A DNA stretch of 64,000 nt, taken from assembly GCA_038204425.1 (NCBI GenBank), contig JBBRCZ010000014.1, positions 1 to 64,000 on the forward strand, written 5' to 3'. Position 1 is the stretch's first letter. Each line of letters begins with the position of its first letter. Shown one piece after another: positions 41,416 through 52,110 of the stretch. The stretch is from Spirochaetia bacterium. Lineage in GTDB: Bacteria > Spirochaetota > Spirochaetia > DSM-27196 > Salinispiraceae. The translations under genes and the position numbers were made by a program. Under the pieces are notes generated by a model, which was not told where the DNA came from, ran no database searches, and was given only the letters and a program-made list of their open reading frames with translations.

Positions 41416-42474
41416 ATGGCACGCAAGAACCTATTGAAGGGATTCAAACGGCCTAAGGGGATTACCTACGAACCAACGGAAGTAACCCCTACTTACGGAA
41501 AATTTATTGCCCATCCTTTTGAGCGTGGATATGGTACGACGATTGGGAATACCCTTCGTCGTATCCTTATGTCCAGCATTCAAGGATATGCAGTCACTGC
41601 CATCAGGATTAGTTCCTTTGATGCAAGCGGAATCCCGCATGTGCTTTCCAGTGAGTATGAGGCAATCCCTGGGGTGGTAGAAGACACTCCAGACTTTATT
41701 AATAGTCTCAAAATGCTTCAGCTAGAAATTCCTGAATTGATTGAGCAAAAGATTATCTACATCAACAAAAAGGGACCTTGCACCATAAGCGCAGCGGACT
41801 TGGAAGTTGACGCTGAGATCAAAGTTCAAAATAGTGACAAGCACCTGCTGACCTTGATGGAAGGCGCACATATTGAGCTCGAAGTTCAAATTGACTTGGG
41901 TCGCGGATATGTGCCTGCTGAGCAAAACGAAAAGTACATTGAAGAAATCGGAACCATACCTGTTGATGCGATTTTTAGCCCAATCAAAAGGGTAGTCTAT
42001 GAAGTGGAAAACGTTCGCGTTGGACACCGTCAAGACTATGATAAATTAATTCTTCAATTGTGGACTAATGGTGCCATAAGTCCAGAGAACGCGCTAGCCG
42101 AAGCAGCCAAGATTGCTAAAGATCATTTTTCTATCTTTATTAACTTTGATGAAAACAATATCCTTAGTGATGACGATGGGGCAGACGAGCTTGGTGGTTT
42201 GAGTGATATTCTTAACACCCCTGTTGATGAACTGGAACTTTCAGTTCGTTCCTCAAACTGCCTAAAAAATGGTAGCATTCGTACCATTGGTGAGTTGATT
42301 GGCAAGACCGAAGATGAGCTTTCTAAGGTTAGAAACTTTGGAAAAAAATCCTTGCTTGAAATCAAGGATAAGCTTAAAGAGTGGGGCTTGAGTCTTGGCA
42401 TGAAAGATATGAGTGTAATTAAGGGATCAGCAAGGATTCCGGTCAAGAAGGAAGAGTCAAAAGATGAAGCATAG
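41416..42474 (+). CDS. rpoA: RNA polymerase alpha subunit
   Basis: [34 protein letters not shown]. Confidence 0.99.
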   Translation: MARKNLLKGFKRPKGITYEPTEVTPTYGKFIAHPFERGYGTTIGNTLRRILMSSIQGYAVTAIRISSFDASGIPHVLSSEYEAIPGVVEDTPDFINSLKMLQLEIPELIEQKIIYINKKGPCTISAADLEVDAEIKVQNSDKHLLTLMEGAHIELEVQIDLGRGYVPAEQNEKYIEEIGTIPVDAIFSPIKRVVYEVENVRVGHRQDYDKLILQLWTNGAISPENALAEAAKIAKDHFSIFINFDENNILSDDDGADELGGLSDILNTPVDELELSVRSSNCLKNGSIRTIGELIGKTEDELSKVRNFGKKSLLEIKDKLKEWGLSLGMKDMSVIKGSARIPVKKEESKDEA

Positions 42475-42919
42475 AATCGGTTTTAACCGGCTTAGTCGAA
42501 AGGCAAGCCACCGAAGTGCCCTGATCAAAAATATGGTCACTTCACTATTTGAACACGAACGTATTACCACAACCAAGGCCAAAGCTTTGGCTATCAGGAT
42601 TGTTGCTGAAAAAATGATTACTAGAGCAAAGGTAGATAGCGTTCACAATCGACGTATTGTTGGTAGAAGAATCACCGACAAAGACGTTCAGGTTAAGCTG
42701 TTTACCAATATTGGTCCTCGCTTGAAGGACAGGCCTGGTGGTTATACACGCATCTACAAACTTGGCTTTCGCCAAGGTGATGCGGCAGAAATGGTCTTGT
42801 TGGAACTTGTGGACAGAGTAGAACCTGAGCAGAAGGCAACTAAGTCCAAGAAAGAGACCAAGGATACAAAAGAAGTTAAAGAAACCAAGGAAGTTAAAGA
42901 GAAGGCTGCAAAGTCTTAA
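42464..42919 (+). CDS. rplQ: 50S ribosomal protein L17
   Basis: [21 protein letters not shown]. Confidence 0.99.
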   Translation: MKHRIGFNRLSRKASHRSALIKNMVTSLFEHERITTTKAKALAIRIVAEKMITRAKVDSVHNRRIVGRRITDKDVQVKLFTNIGPRLKDRPGGYTRIYKLGFRQGDAAEMVLLELVDRVEPEQKATKSKKETKDTKEVKETKEVKEKAAKS

Positions 42920-42939
42920 CCGTATTTCAGCACTTTGAT

Positions 42940-42980
42940 GACTGCCGGTTCCCTTGTGGAGTCGGCAGTTTTTTATTTTA
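42940..42980 (+). terminator. Intrinsic terminator of the r-protein operon
   Basis: ACTGCCGGTTCC/GGAGTCGGCAGT stem (two G-U pairs) followed by a T-rich tract. Confidence 0.85.
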
Positions 42981-43031
42981 TTCTTCGACTGTGGTTTGGA
43001 ATAAGTAACAATCTACCGATTATAGTAAGGC

Positions 43032-45815
43032 ATGACTTCGACTCAAAAGTTTGGACTAAGTCTTCTTATTTCTCTACTCGCATTTGGCATATTTATTTTT
43101 TGGGCCTACTCTGGATTATTTGACAGCATAGAGCAAACATTCTTTAATCAAAGAGTTATTAAGCAAGCCGACCAACGAGCTGGCCAAATCTTGACCGATC
43201 TCAAAGAGTCGCAAAAGAAACTGCTCGGTTTCTTGGATAGTCGCTTTACTGGTCCGTCGGTGGCGTCCACCTTTTTTGTCAATCAAAACCAAGAGCGAGA
43301 ATCCGAGCGATTGGAAATTTTCGCAGAACTTTCCAATCTTTTTGGTATGCGAACCATTCGAATCTTTGACCTCAATACAAAGCTTAATTTTTCCAATATC
43401 GCTAGTGACATAAGAGAGCAGTCTGGAACAAGGCGCGAGTATCAAATAAATGACGTAATTGATCCTCAAAAAGCGTTAACTTCAAAAATGCTTGTCGATG
43501 GCGAAGCTCTTAGATTTGAGTGGTTGAGCGAGTCCAATAGTTGGCGGGCCTGGGCGCCCGTTAAGGATGAGTATAAAGTATTTCGTGGCACGGCTATTGT
43601 GGAAGGCTCAACATCCGGCTTGGTCCAATCGTCATTGGGACAGGGTTTTGATGGACAGGCTACGGTAATAGACACGAAGACGCTCGTTCTTAACTTTCCG
43701 CAAGGCCTTTATCCTGGACTTCTTGAGGCAATTCAAGGCCGTAGCGGAGAAGGCAAAGACTTTAGTGTTGAGGCTAGTCGCGAGGGCAACAAAAGCTTTG
43801 TTGTTCACCGTGTTTCTTACAATGAAGAACTTGGCACCTTTTGGTACTTGCTTGATCAGGCGGGCCTGCAACTGCCTATTGGCTTTCGTGTACTTTTGAT
43901 GATCGTGGTTTTTACCACTGTTTTTCTAATAACATTTTTACTGTTCAATTTTAGACACGATGAAGTGCTGGTTCTTCAAGAACGAATCAAACGGCTTCAG
44001 ATAGGACTAGTCAAAGAATTTTTAGTTCAGAAACGAGATATGGAGCCAACCAGGCTGCTCTCAGAGCTCAATTCTCGTCGTGAAGAGGTAAAAGACGCCG
44101 TTAAACATGGACTTAAAGCCAAAAAAAGCAAAGAGGCTTGGGTCGATGAGCTCGTCGACAAAGGCTGGGACGAGGTAGTTCAGATTCTTGGAGGAGGCCG
44201 TGATCTAACGGTTCAGAATCAAACAAACTTTGATTTTTCCAAACTTGAAGCCATGATGCGCAAGATTGTTTTCACAGGGCAAGTCAATGTTGCACCTGTT
44301 CCCAACCAATCCGTTAAGGTTAAAGCTGCGGCTAAGGCTATTGTAGCTCAGGGGGCGAGCGAGTTTGTTGAGCAAGGTGACGTTGATGGAGACCTCGAAG
44401 AGTTGGACGAACTCGAGGCCGAGCTTGTAGAAGAGGCCGAGGAAGTAGAAGAGCCTGAGGAAGTAGAAGAGGCCGAGGAAGTAGAAGAGGCCGAGGAAGT
44501 AGAAGAGGCCGAGGAAGTAGAAGAGGCTGAGGAAGTAGAAGAGGCCGAGGAAGTAGAAGAGCCTGAGGAAGTAGAAGAGGCCGAGGAAGTAGAAGAGGCT
44601 GAGGAAGTAGAAGAGGCCGAGGAAGTAGAAGACGCCGAGCTTGTAGAAGAGGCTGAGGAAGTAGAAAGGGAACTGCCTTTTTACGACAGCAACATTCCCG
44701 TTGAGATAGAGTTTGATATTGATGAAGGTCTTTTGATTGTTTCCGCGCTACCTACAGACGGTCAGATAGCTGTGATGGAATCCGCAACGCTAGGAGAACT
44801 AGAGGAATTAGAAGCAGAAGAGCTTGAAGAAATAGAAGCAGAAGAGCTTGAAGTAGAAGAACTTGACCACGAAGACGTTCCTGTCTATGAAGTTAGCTCT
44901 GAGCAGGTTCAACCGTCTTTCTTTGGTTTTGGAGCTGGCATGGGCAGGTTTGGCGGTCATAGTTCCTCTAAGTTGGGGCAAGTTCAGGTGATTGAGGGAG
45001 CCCGGACCCTAGAAGAGCTGCATAACTGGTTTAAGAATTCCGCTCAAACAGTTCTTTTGGAGCAGTTCCATAGTCAAGGGCAAGTGGGCAAGTGGAAGTT
45101 TGATCTCAGTGGTGATGGTGTAATCAAAATTCCTGACAGTTTGATAAAAAATCAAGCATCAAAGAAAACTGACGAGTTGGGCAGTCTGATAAAGACTGTC
45201 GTCAACAAAGACGAAAAGCTGGAACATCCAATGCTACCCAACATTGGCGGATTGTTTAAGTTTGAGGCCAAACTCGAACGCAGTCAGGGTCTTCCTGATG
45301 AAAAGACTGATGTTTCTGAATACCGAAGCTTTTATAAAGCAAAAAACGCAGATGACTTGGGGCTGCTGCTTGGCAAATTTGGTATTGATTTTGATCACTT
45401 TTTAGAAAATTTTAGTTCGAGTGAAGCGGGTAAGGTTAAGGCACTTTATGTTCTGGCCAAGAGATTTGGCGCAGTCTATTCTCTCATGCTTCGTTTTGAA
45501 CAGGGTGGCGCGCGTGTCATGAGGAACGTGGGTTTGGGTGCTGCCTTTAACTCAGTAATGCATACCAGCGCCAAAGGGGATCTATTGCTCGACCTAAACG
45601 AGAGTCCCGCATTGGCCAGTTTTCAAGATATGTCAAAACTGTCTGCTCTCTTTAAGGACTTTCCAAAAGAGCTTCTTGCTATGTCTTGTGCGATAATGCT
45701 TCCCTGTAAGGTCGAAGGAAAACAAACATTTGTTATTTTCTTTTTTGGGCAGGCCATGGAATTGAAATCCTTTATTGATCGCTATATGGTTAGCCTTCGT
45801 TTTATAGAAGGATAG
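43032..45815 (+). CDS. Large two-TM hypothetical protein with acidic repeat region
   Basis: 927 aa; hydrophobic segments near aa 7-25 and 285-305; Glu-rich centre. Confidence 0.8.
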   Translation: MTSTQKFGLSLLISLLAFGIFIFWAYSGLFDSIEQTFFNQRVIKQADQRAGQILTDLKESQKKLLGFLDSRFTGPSVASTFFVNQNQERESERLEIFAELSNLFGMRTIRIFDLNTKLNFSNIASDIREQSGTRREYQINDVIDPQKALTSKMLVDGEALRFEWLSESNSWRAWAPVKDEYKVFRGTAIVEGSTSGLVQSSLGQGFDGQATVIDTKTLVLNFPQGLYPGLLEAIQGRSGEGKDFSVEASREGNKSFVVHRVSYNEELGTFWYLLDQAGLQLPIGFRVLLMIVVFTTVFLITFLLFNFRHDEVLVLQERIKRLQIGLVKEFLVQKRDMEPTRLLSELNSRREEVKDAVKHGLKAKKSKEAWVDELVDKGWDEVVQILGGGRDLTVQNQTNFDFSKLEAMMRKIVFTGQVNVAPVPNQSVKVKAAAKAIVAQGASEFVEQGDVDGDLEELDELEAELVEEAEEVEEPEEVEEAEEVEEAEEVEEAEEVEEAEEVEEAEEVEEPEEVEEAEEVEEAEEVEEAEEVEDAELVEEAEEVERELPFYDSNIPVEIEFDIDEGLLIVSALPTDGQIAVMESATLGELEELEAEELEEIEAEELEVEELDHEDVPVYEVSSEQVQPSFFGFGAGMGRFGGHSSSKLGQVQVIEGARTLEELHNWFKNSAQTVLLEQFHSQGQVGKWKFDLSGDGVIKIPDSLIKNQASKKTDELGSLIKTVVNKDEKLEHPMLPNIGGLFKFEAKLERSQGLPDEKTDVSEYRSFYKAKNADDLGLLLGKFGIDFDHFLENFSSSEAGKVKALYVLAKRFGAVYSLMLRFEQGGARVMRNVGLGAAFNSVMHTSAKGDLLLDLNESPALASFQDMSKLSALFKDFPKELLAMSCAIMLPCKVEGKQTFVIFFFGQAMELKSFIDRYMVSLRFIEG
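44430..44663 (+). repeat. Coding 18-bp tandem repeat, 13 units
   Basis: Consensus GAAGAGGCCGAGGAAGTA (EEAEEV), with EEPEEV and EDAELV variants. Confidence 0.95.
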
Positions 45816-45823
45816 TTTTTTAA

Positions 45824-46438
45824 TTGAAAAATCATACTATTGAAGTCTTAGAGTCATATTACCACGATCGATTGGGCAAAGGCGGCATAAGTTCTCTTCA
45901 GCTGGGATGGGAAAATCGCGAGGCCCATTATGCTCGTTTTGCAACCTTGGCCGAAAGTGTGCAGCTTGTCGACAGAAGCATTTTAGATGTCGGCTGCGGC
46001 TTGGGCGACCTTTGCGAGTTTCTGGATGAAGAAGGCATAGCTTGCAACTATCTCGGTGTAGATTTGCTTGAGGAAATGATCAATCGCGCGCGGCATAGGT
46101 TTCCGAGCAGACGGTTTAGAGTTCTGGACCTGATTTCAGACCCCGCGAGCGCAGGCGAGACTTTTGATGTGGTCTACAGTTCCGGTGTGTTTAACCTTAG
46201 AGCAAGTGCCAACCAAAGTTTTTTGAGTAAGGCATTTGACTCTTTTGTGGCTTTGTCCAATCATCATATAGTCGTTTCATTGTTAGATGAACGTTCGCCC
46301 GACCGAGATGACACTTTGTACTGCTATCATAATCAAGAGCAAGTTACCGCACTGCTACAAAGACCGGGGTGGACGATTGCGGTAGTTTCTGACTACTTAC
46401 CCAATGATTTCACTATAATTGCAAGCAAGGAAGATTAG
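45824..46438 (+). CDS. Class I SAM-dependent methyltransferase
   Basis: ILDVGCGLGD, YLGVDL, FDVVYSSGVFN. Confidence 0.85.
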   Translation: MKNHTIEVLESYYHDRLGKGGISSLQLGWENREAHYARFATLAESVQLVDRSILDVGCGLGDLCEFLDEEGIACNYLGVDLLEEMINRARHRFPSRRFRVLDLISDPASAGETFDVVYSSGVFNLRASANQSFLSKAFDSFVALSNHHIVVSLLDERSPDRDDTLYCYHNQEQVTALLQRPGWTIAVVSDYLPNDFTIIASKED

Positions 46439-46439
46439 C

Positions 46440-46886
46440 ATGAAGAGCGTTGAGGTTTTTACCGACGGTGGTTGCATTGGCAATCCTGGTCGCGGTGCTT
46501 GGGCTTACTTGATTAAGGGGCTCGGTGAAGACAAGAGTTCTAGCGGCTTTAGTGCCGAGACTACCAACAACAAGATGGAGCTGGAGGCGGTAATCCAATC
46601 GCTTATCTTCCTCAGTGAGGACGCACAGCGAGAAGGTTTTGAAACGGTAGTTTATACCGATAGTCAATATGTTAAAAATGGCATCACAACTTGGATTCAT
46701 GCTTGGCTTAAGAACGGCTGGAAGACTGCCTCAAAAGACCCTGTCAAAAATCAAGACTTATGGAAGCGTTTGCTGGTACTGCAGAACACTCTTAAGCCGC
46801 GATGGCAGTGGCTTAAGGGGCATGCAGGTCACCCCGAGAATGAGTTCTGCGACGCTCTGGTTCAGTCCACTATAAAAGCCAACTAA
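46440..46886 (+). CDS. rnhA: Ribonuclease HI
   Basis: FTDGGC.GNPG, TTNNKMEL, TDSQY, KGHAG..NE.CD. Confidence 0.95.
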   Translation: MKSVEVFTDGGCIGNPGRGAWAYLIKGLGEDKSSSGFSAETTNNKMELEAVIQSLIFLSEDAQREGFETVVYTDSQYVKNGITTWIHAWLKNGWKTASKDPVKNQDLWKRLLVLQNTLKPRWQWLKGHAGHPENEFCDALVQSTIKAN

Positions 46887-46941
46887 AATACGTACCAAGC
46901 ACAATCCGCTCTAGTTTTTGCTCTGTAGATAAGGCTGGGAG

Positions 46942-48573
46942 TTGCCTATGACTATCTATGGTTTTAATCCTTTGGGCGGAGAAGACTGTTTGGTGTACCT
47001 CGAACTCGATATCAGACGTGGTTTGCCGGTTATCGACATGGTTGGCATGCCGGGTATGGCTGTTAGGGAGGCTCGAGAGCGAATAAGAGCTGCGGCCTGT
47101 TTTTGCCAGCTTGCCTTGCCAGTTGGTCGAGTTTTGATCAATATTGCTCCAAGTGCTGTTCCAAAGGGTGGTGCGAGTCTTGACCTTGCATTGGCCATGG
47201 GGGTCTTGTCCGCAGGCTTACCGTGTTTGGAAAACGACAGCCGTAAGGTGCTCATAATGGGGGAGCTTGGTTTGGCGGGCAAGGTGCATTCGAGCGAGGG
47301 GGTCTTGCATGCCCTAATTGAAGCCAAACGTCAGGGAATAGAATACTGCATTGTGCCACGATCCAACGCAATAGAGTTGAGCGCTATGCCGCTTGACTAT
47401 ACTGTGATGGTTGACACTTTGGCAGAAGCGTTTGAGGCCATCAAGCAAATGCTGGTGGGTCAAACCCTGCCATCCACTAAGCTTGAGCTCAGCAAGCAAG
47501 CTCAAGCAGCATGTTTAGAACCAAGTCAACTCGTGCGCTCGCCAAGCAGCATACTTAGTTTTTCTGTCCTGGACCAAGACCCAATTCTTAAGTTGGGGGT
47601 GCTTGCTGCGGCCGCAGGTGCGCATAACACGCTTTTTTTTGGACCACCGGGAGTTGGAAAAAGCATGTTGATGGAAACGGTTGGGCACTTATTGCCAGCG
47701 CTCGATCCAGACGAGGTTTTGGAAGTAAACCGAATTTATTCACGGGCAGGGAAGCTTAACGCTCAGCGTGGCTTGATTAGAACCAGCCCATGTCGAAAGC
47801 CACACCATACTTCGAGTACTGAGGCCTTGGTTGGTGGTGGAAAGCCGCCTCGTCCCGGTGAAATTTCTCTTGCGCATCGTGGTGCGCTTATTCTGGACGA
47901 GGCCGCTGAGTACAGCCGTGGTAGTCTGCAGAGTCTGCGCGAACCTTTGGAGCTTGGCCGGATCAGTGTTGGAAGAGTTGACAATCCAAGCGAGTACCCG
48001 GCCTGCTTTCAGTTGCTTATGGCCATAAACTGCTGCCCTTGTGGCAGTTTGGGATCGTTAAAAGGTACTTGCGCTTGCTCGGTCCAAGAAGTTAAGCGTT
48101 ATTGGGCAAGGCTTGGTGGGGCCCTGATCGATCGGATAGACCTTAGGCTTTCTGTTGGCATGCCTGATTTTGGCCTTAGTCGATTGGGAATGACCCGCCA
48201 GCAAATTGCTGACCTTAGCAAGCACTACCCCTTGCCAACTAGTTTTTTTGAGCTGTCGCAGAAGGTTGAAACAGCCAGAGAACGCCAACGCAGACGAAAA
48301 AGTGCCGGGGCCGAGCTCTACTTGCGCAATCAAGACCTCAAGGGCTTGCAAGTTGAGACAATAGCAAGGGTTTCCGAAAGTGCCGTGCCGCAGCTCGAGG
48401 CACTTAACCGCTGCATGGCGGGCAATCGTCGCGCGCTCCACGGCGTTTTGCGGGTGGCCAGAACGCTCGCCGATTTAAACGGTAGCCAAGATCTATCATC
48501 TACCGACATTTTGATGGCTGACGCTCTTAGGGCCGGCATTAGTCCCGCAGCAGGAATAGAGATACATGCCTGA
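46942..48573 (+). CDS. comM: YifB/ComM Mg-chelatase-like AAA+ ATPase
   Basis: REARER, GPPGVGKS, PHHT, PGEISLAHRG.L.LDE, DRID, RVARTLADL. Confidence 0.85.
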   Translation: MPMTIYGFNPLGGEDCLVYLELDIRRGLPVIDMVGMPGMAVREARERIRAAACFCQLALPVGRVLINIAPSAVPKGGASLDLALAMGVLSAGLPCLENDSRKVLIMGELGLAGKVHSSEGVLHALIEAKRQGIEYCIVPRSNAIELSAMPLDYTVMVDTLAEAFEAIKQMLVGQTLPSTKLELSKQAQAACLEPSQLVRSPSSILSFSVLDQDPILKLGVLAAAAGAHNTLFFGPPGVGKSMLMETVGHLLPALDPDEVLEVNRIYSRAGKLNAQRGLIRTSPCRKPHHTSSTEALVGGGKPPRPGEISLAHRGALILDEAAEYSRGSLQSLREPLELGRISVGRVDNPSEYPACFQLLMAINCCPCGSLGSLKGTCACSVQEVKRYWARLGGALIDRIDLRLSVGMPDFGLSRLGMTRQQIADLSKHYPLPTSFFELSQKVETARERQRRRKSAGAELYLRNQDLKGLQVETIARVSESAVPQLEALNRCMAGNRRALHGVLRVARTLADLNGSQDLSSTDILMADALRAGISPAAGIEIHA

Positions 48574-48615
48574 GCTGCTTGGCTAATCGGTGATATTTTT
48601 CTATATTGTTTTTAT

Positions 48616-49830
48616 ATGGCATTTTACAATGGAAAACAGCTTTTTATTTTTTGTCTCACGAGTGCGGTTGGGAGCTTGGTTTTGGCGACGCTCTTTGGCT
48701 TGGTGCGCTTGGAGCCGGCGCCAATGATGGCCAACCAGGCTGGTTCCAGTACCACCCTAGATGCCACCAACAATAGCCCTCAAAGTGTGCATTTGGTAGC
48801 TGACTCAAGCCGCACATTTACCGATGACGAACAAAACAATATCTCAATCTATGAGACTTACTCCTCGGCAGTGGTCAACATTAGTTCTGAGAAGGTCTAC
48901 TATTCGTTCTTTGAGGCGATTCCTCAGGAAGGCGCCACCGGCTCGGGGTCGATAATCGATGCTCGAGGTTACATTCTGACTAACAATCACGTTATAAAAA
49001 ACTCATCGCGACTATTTGTTACCTTGTCCAGCGGCGATAAGCTGGAGGCCAAAATTGTTGGTGTGGATCCCGAAAACGATTTAGCCGTCATAAAGATTGA
49101 CCCTGGCAACAGAACCCTTAAGACCATAGATTTGGGGACGAGCTCCAATCTCAAAGTTGGCCAAAAGATCTTGGCAATTGGTAACCCTTTTTCCTTTAAC
49201 TGGACGCTGACGACCGGCGTGGTCTCTGGTCTTGGTCGTCCTATTAGGAGCGACAACAATTTGGTGATACAAAACATGATTCAAACCGACGCGGCCATCA
49301 ATTCTGGTAACTCAGGTGGGCCCTTGCTCGATTCCAAGGGTAGGATGATTGGCATCAACACCATGATTTTTAGCCCTTCCGGTGGATCAGTGGGTATCGG
49401 GTTTTCTGTGCCAGTCGACACAGCCAAAAGAGTTGTTCCAGAACTAATTAGTACGGGCAAGGTTAGACGAGGTTGGATAGAACTGAGTCCTATCCAACTA
49501 TTTCCTGAGCTGGTGCGCTATGCGCGTCTGCAGATTTCGCAAGGTGTATTGGTAAGCCGCATTAGATCGGGCGGTAACGCTGATAGGGCTGGCCTAAGAG
49601 CTGGGAACCGCCAGAACGCCGTCAACTATGGAAGAACGGTGATCTACCTTGGTGGCGACATTATTGTGGAAGTTGACGGCACTGCAATCCTTGGCATCGC
49701 CAGCCTCTATGAGGCGCTTGAAGACAATAAGCCAGGACAAACGATTACGATCGTTTACTACAGAGATAACAAGAAATATGAAACTACGGTTACACTAAGT
49801 GAACGGCCTGCTGATTATCTAGTAGATTAA
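48616..49830 (+). CDS. htrA: HtrA/DegP-family serine protease with PDZ domain
   Basis: TNNHV, DLAV, TDAAINSGNSGGPL. Confidence 0.92.
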   Translation: MAFYNGKQLFIFCLTSAVGSLVLATLFGLVRLEPAPMMANQAGSSTTLDATNNSPQSVHLVADSSRTFTDDEQNNISIYETYSSAVVNISSEKVYYSFFEAIPQEGATGSGSIIDARGYILTNNHVIKNSSRLFVTLSSGDKLEAKIVGVDPENDLAVIKIDPGNRTLKTIDLGTSSNLKVGQKILAIGNPFSFNWTLTTGVVSGLGRPIRSDNNLVIQNMIQTDAAINSGNSGGPLLDSKGRMIGINTMIFSPSGGSVGIGFSVPVDTAKRVVPELISTGKVRRGWIELSPIQLFPELVRYARLQISQGVLVSRIRSGGNADRAGLRAGNRQNAVNYGRTVIYLGGDIIVEVDGTAILGIASLYEALEDNKPGQTITIVYYRDNKKYETTVTLSERPADYLVD

Positions 49831-49868
49831 AAAAAAGCTGGCTTGGAATCCCCAAGCCAGCTTTTTTT
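49829..49868. terminator. Bidirectional intrinsic terminator
   Basis: A-run, GCTGGCTTGG-AATCC-CCAAGCCAGC, T-run; between convergent genes. Confidence 0.9.
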
Positions 49869-49887
49869 ACACTATTCATTTCCGTAA

Positions 49888-50790
49888 TTATTCTTTGATC
49901 GATCCGATCATAACGCCCTTAGCAAAGTACTTCTGCAAGAAAGGGTAGACCATAACTATGGGCAGCGTTGCCACCATCATAGTCGCCATGGTTAGCGATT
50001 TGGTACTAACTTTGGCTGACATGCGCGCCATTTCAGCTGCAGAAGGCGCTATAGCCCCCAACTGTTCCATCATTATGTTTGAGTTAATAATCTGGTTGAG
50101 CAAGGTCTGCATTGGCACCAGTTTATCGCCTTCGCGCCCGGCCATAAAAATGGCACCCGCAAACCAGTCGTTCCAATGGCCGACGGCGGTAAACAAGATC
50201 AAACTTGCAAAGACCGGCAACGACACGTGGATAATGATGCTAAAGAAGATCTGATAGTGGTTGGCGCCGTCCATCTGAGCTGATTCTTCAAGCGACTTTG
50301 GAATTCCTTCAAAGAAACTCTTGAAAATGATCATGTTCCACACGTTGACAATGGCAGGCAAAATGTACACGAAGAAGTTGTTGGTTAGGCCAAGTGCTTT
50401 CATCAGAATGTAAGTAGGAATTAGCCCGCCAGAAAAATACATGGTCACAACGCACAGACCCATGTAAAACTTGCGACCGCGTAAGTGCTCCTTGGACAAA
50501 CCGTAGGCCATCAATGCAGTGAAGATGATCGAAACAAAGGAGCCAAACAAGGTTCTTGCGATCGTAATCAGGTAAGCATTGCCGATACGCGGGTTTTGAA
50601 ACACTACCTCGTAGTTGAGTAGTGTCGGCACGCGCGGCCAAATACTGATACCTCCAGCCAGCGTATCGTTGGCGTCGTTTAGGCTCAGTGCCATCGCGTT
50701 AAGGAAGGGATAGAGCATCATTATCGAAAGGATGGTTACAACCAGAACAGCGAATGTTTCAAAAACTATGTCGTCTTTTGATGATTTCAT
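49888..50790 (-). CDS. Carbohydrate ABC transporter permease
   Basis: EESAQMDGA (EAA loop), FSGGLIP, YPFLQKYF. Confidence 0.92.
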   Translation of the reverse strand: MKSSKDDIVFETFAVLVVTILSIMMLYPFLNAMALSLNDANDTLAGGISIWPRVPTLLNYEVVFQNPRIGNAYLITIARTLFGSFVSIIFTALMAYGLSKEHLRGRKFYMGLCVVTMYFSGGLIPTYILMKALGLTNNFFVYILPAIVNVWNMIIFKSFFEGIPKSLEESAQMDGANHYQIFFSIIIHVSLPVFASLILFTAVGHWNDWFAGAIFMAGREGDKLVPMQTLLNQIINSNIMMEQLGAIAPSAAEMARMSAKVSTKSLTMATMMVATLPIVMVYPFLQKYFAKGVMIGSIKE

Positions 50791-50807
50791 TTATGTGTTT
50801 ACCTCAA

Positions 50808-51761
50808 TTACCAGAGTGCTGCGCCGGTTAGCTTACGAGCTGTCCGGTTGCCGAGCCATAGTAGAATAACGCTCACGCTGGCCTTAAATAGACCCGCGGC
50901 AGCTCCATATGAAAAGTTAGGAATTTGTTGCCTAAACGCTACACGGTAGACATAGGTGTCAATAACCTCGCTCGTTCCGCGTAAGACGATGTTGGTGCCC
51001 TGCTTAGTCAGTAGCAGAATATCGTCAAATCCTGCGGTTAAGATTGACGCTAAGGTCAGCACCAAGAAAATAACAATGATCGGCAAAATACTGGGCAGGG
51101 TAATGTACCAAATCTGCTTTATGCGATTGAGGCCATCCATTTGAGCGGCTTCGTAAAGTGTTGGGTCAATACTCGAGATAGCCGCAAGATAAACGATGGA
51201 TCCAAACCCCATGGTCTTCCAGACGTTGGTAAAAATTAAGATCGGCTTGAACCAAAACGGCTCAGAAAAGAAGTTGATAGGTTTGCTAATTAGTCCCATA
51301 GATTTTAGTAACTGGTTGATGTCCCCGTTGTCTACTGCGAGTATGGAAAAGAACATACCAGCCACGATAACCCAAGAGAGGAAGTTTGGAAGGTAGGTGA
51401 CCGTTTGAGTCACGCGTTTAAAAAGTCTAAACCTAATTTCGTTAAGTAGAAGTGCCAAAATGATTGGAGCAGGGAAGACGAAGATCAACTTGAGAATACT
51501 GATCCACAGGGTGTTCCACATAATTGGTATAAAGTCCCTGCCGCCAAAGAAGGCTGCAAAGTGCTTGAGCCCAACAAACTCGCTTCCAAGATAACCTTTT
51601 TCCAGCTTAAAGTCTTGAAAGGCCGCGATAACGCCAAACATTGGGACATAGGCGAAGACAAACAGCAGCAGAATTGAAGGAATTACCATCGACTGCAAGT
51701 CCAACTGCGTCGACAACCTCGGGGGTCTGATAGTTAGTTTCAATTTTTCTTGAGTTTCCAT
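50808..51761 (-). CDS. Carbohydrate ABC transporter permease, LplB-like
   Basis: YEAAQMDG, YLP.FLSW, VIDTYVY. Confidence 0.92.
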   Translation of the reverse strand: METQEKLKLTIRPPRLSTQLDLQSMVIPSILLLFVFAYVPMFGVIAAFQDFKLEKGYLGSEFVGLKHFAAFFGGRDFIPIMWNTLWISILKLIFVFPAPIILALLLNEIRFRLFKRVTQTVTYLPNFLSWVIVAGMFFSILAVDNGDINQLLKSMGLISKPINFFSEPFWFKPILIFTNVWKTMGFGSIVYLAAISSIDPTLYEAAQMDGLNRIKQIWYITLPSILPIIVIFLVLTLASILTAGFDDILLLTKQGTNIVLRGTSEVIDTYVYRVAFRQQIPNFSYGAAAGLFKASVSVILLWLGNRTARKLTGAALW

Positions 51762-52110
51762 ACTGTATCCTAAGCCCGGTTTTTTGATCGGGCTACCTCC
51801 AATTTTCTACGATGTCTTTGCGTATTCCATGACAACGAATAGCGCAGATTTATTAGGAAACTTTCTTATACCACATTAAAATAGTAAGTTCTACACTGCT
51901 TTCACATGATACAAGAAATTGCCATACAAAAACTGGCTGACACTTGTATCAAAGCTATCTTGTTTGATTATAGTTCCAGAGCCTTGGTTTTGCCAAGTTT
52001 TTGGATCTATTGTTTTTTGGAGCTCGTTCGCCTAAACCCATTGAGGATGCATCCGACTGGCTAAGGGGCTCTTGTCGACAAATGAGTGTCTGTCAACTAT
52101 GTTTGGTGTC

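Noticed and set aside
40462..42474. Absence of adk, map, infA and rpsD from the spc/alpha region
   Set aside because: Matches the arrangement I recall for Treponema/Borrelia-type spirochaetes; not novel
44430..44663. Tandem repeats as a CRISPR array
   Set aside because: Contiguous 18-bp units without spacers, in frame within a CDS; no cas genes
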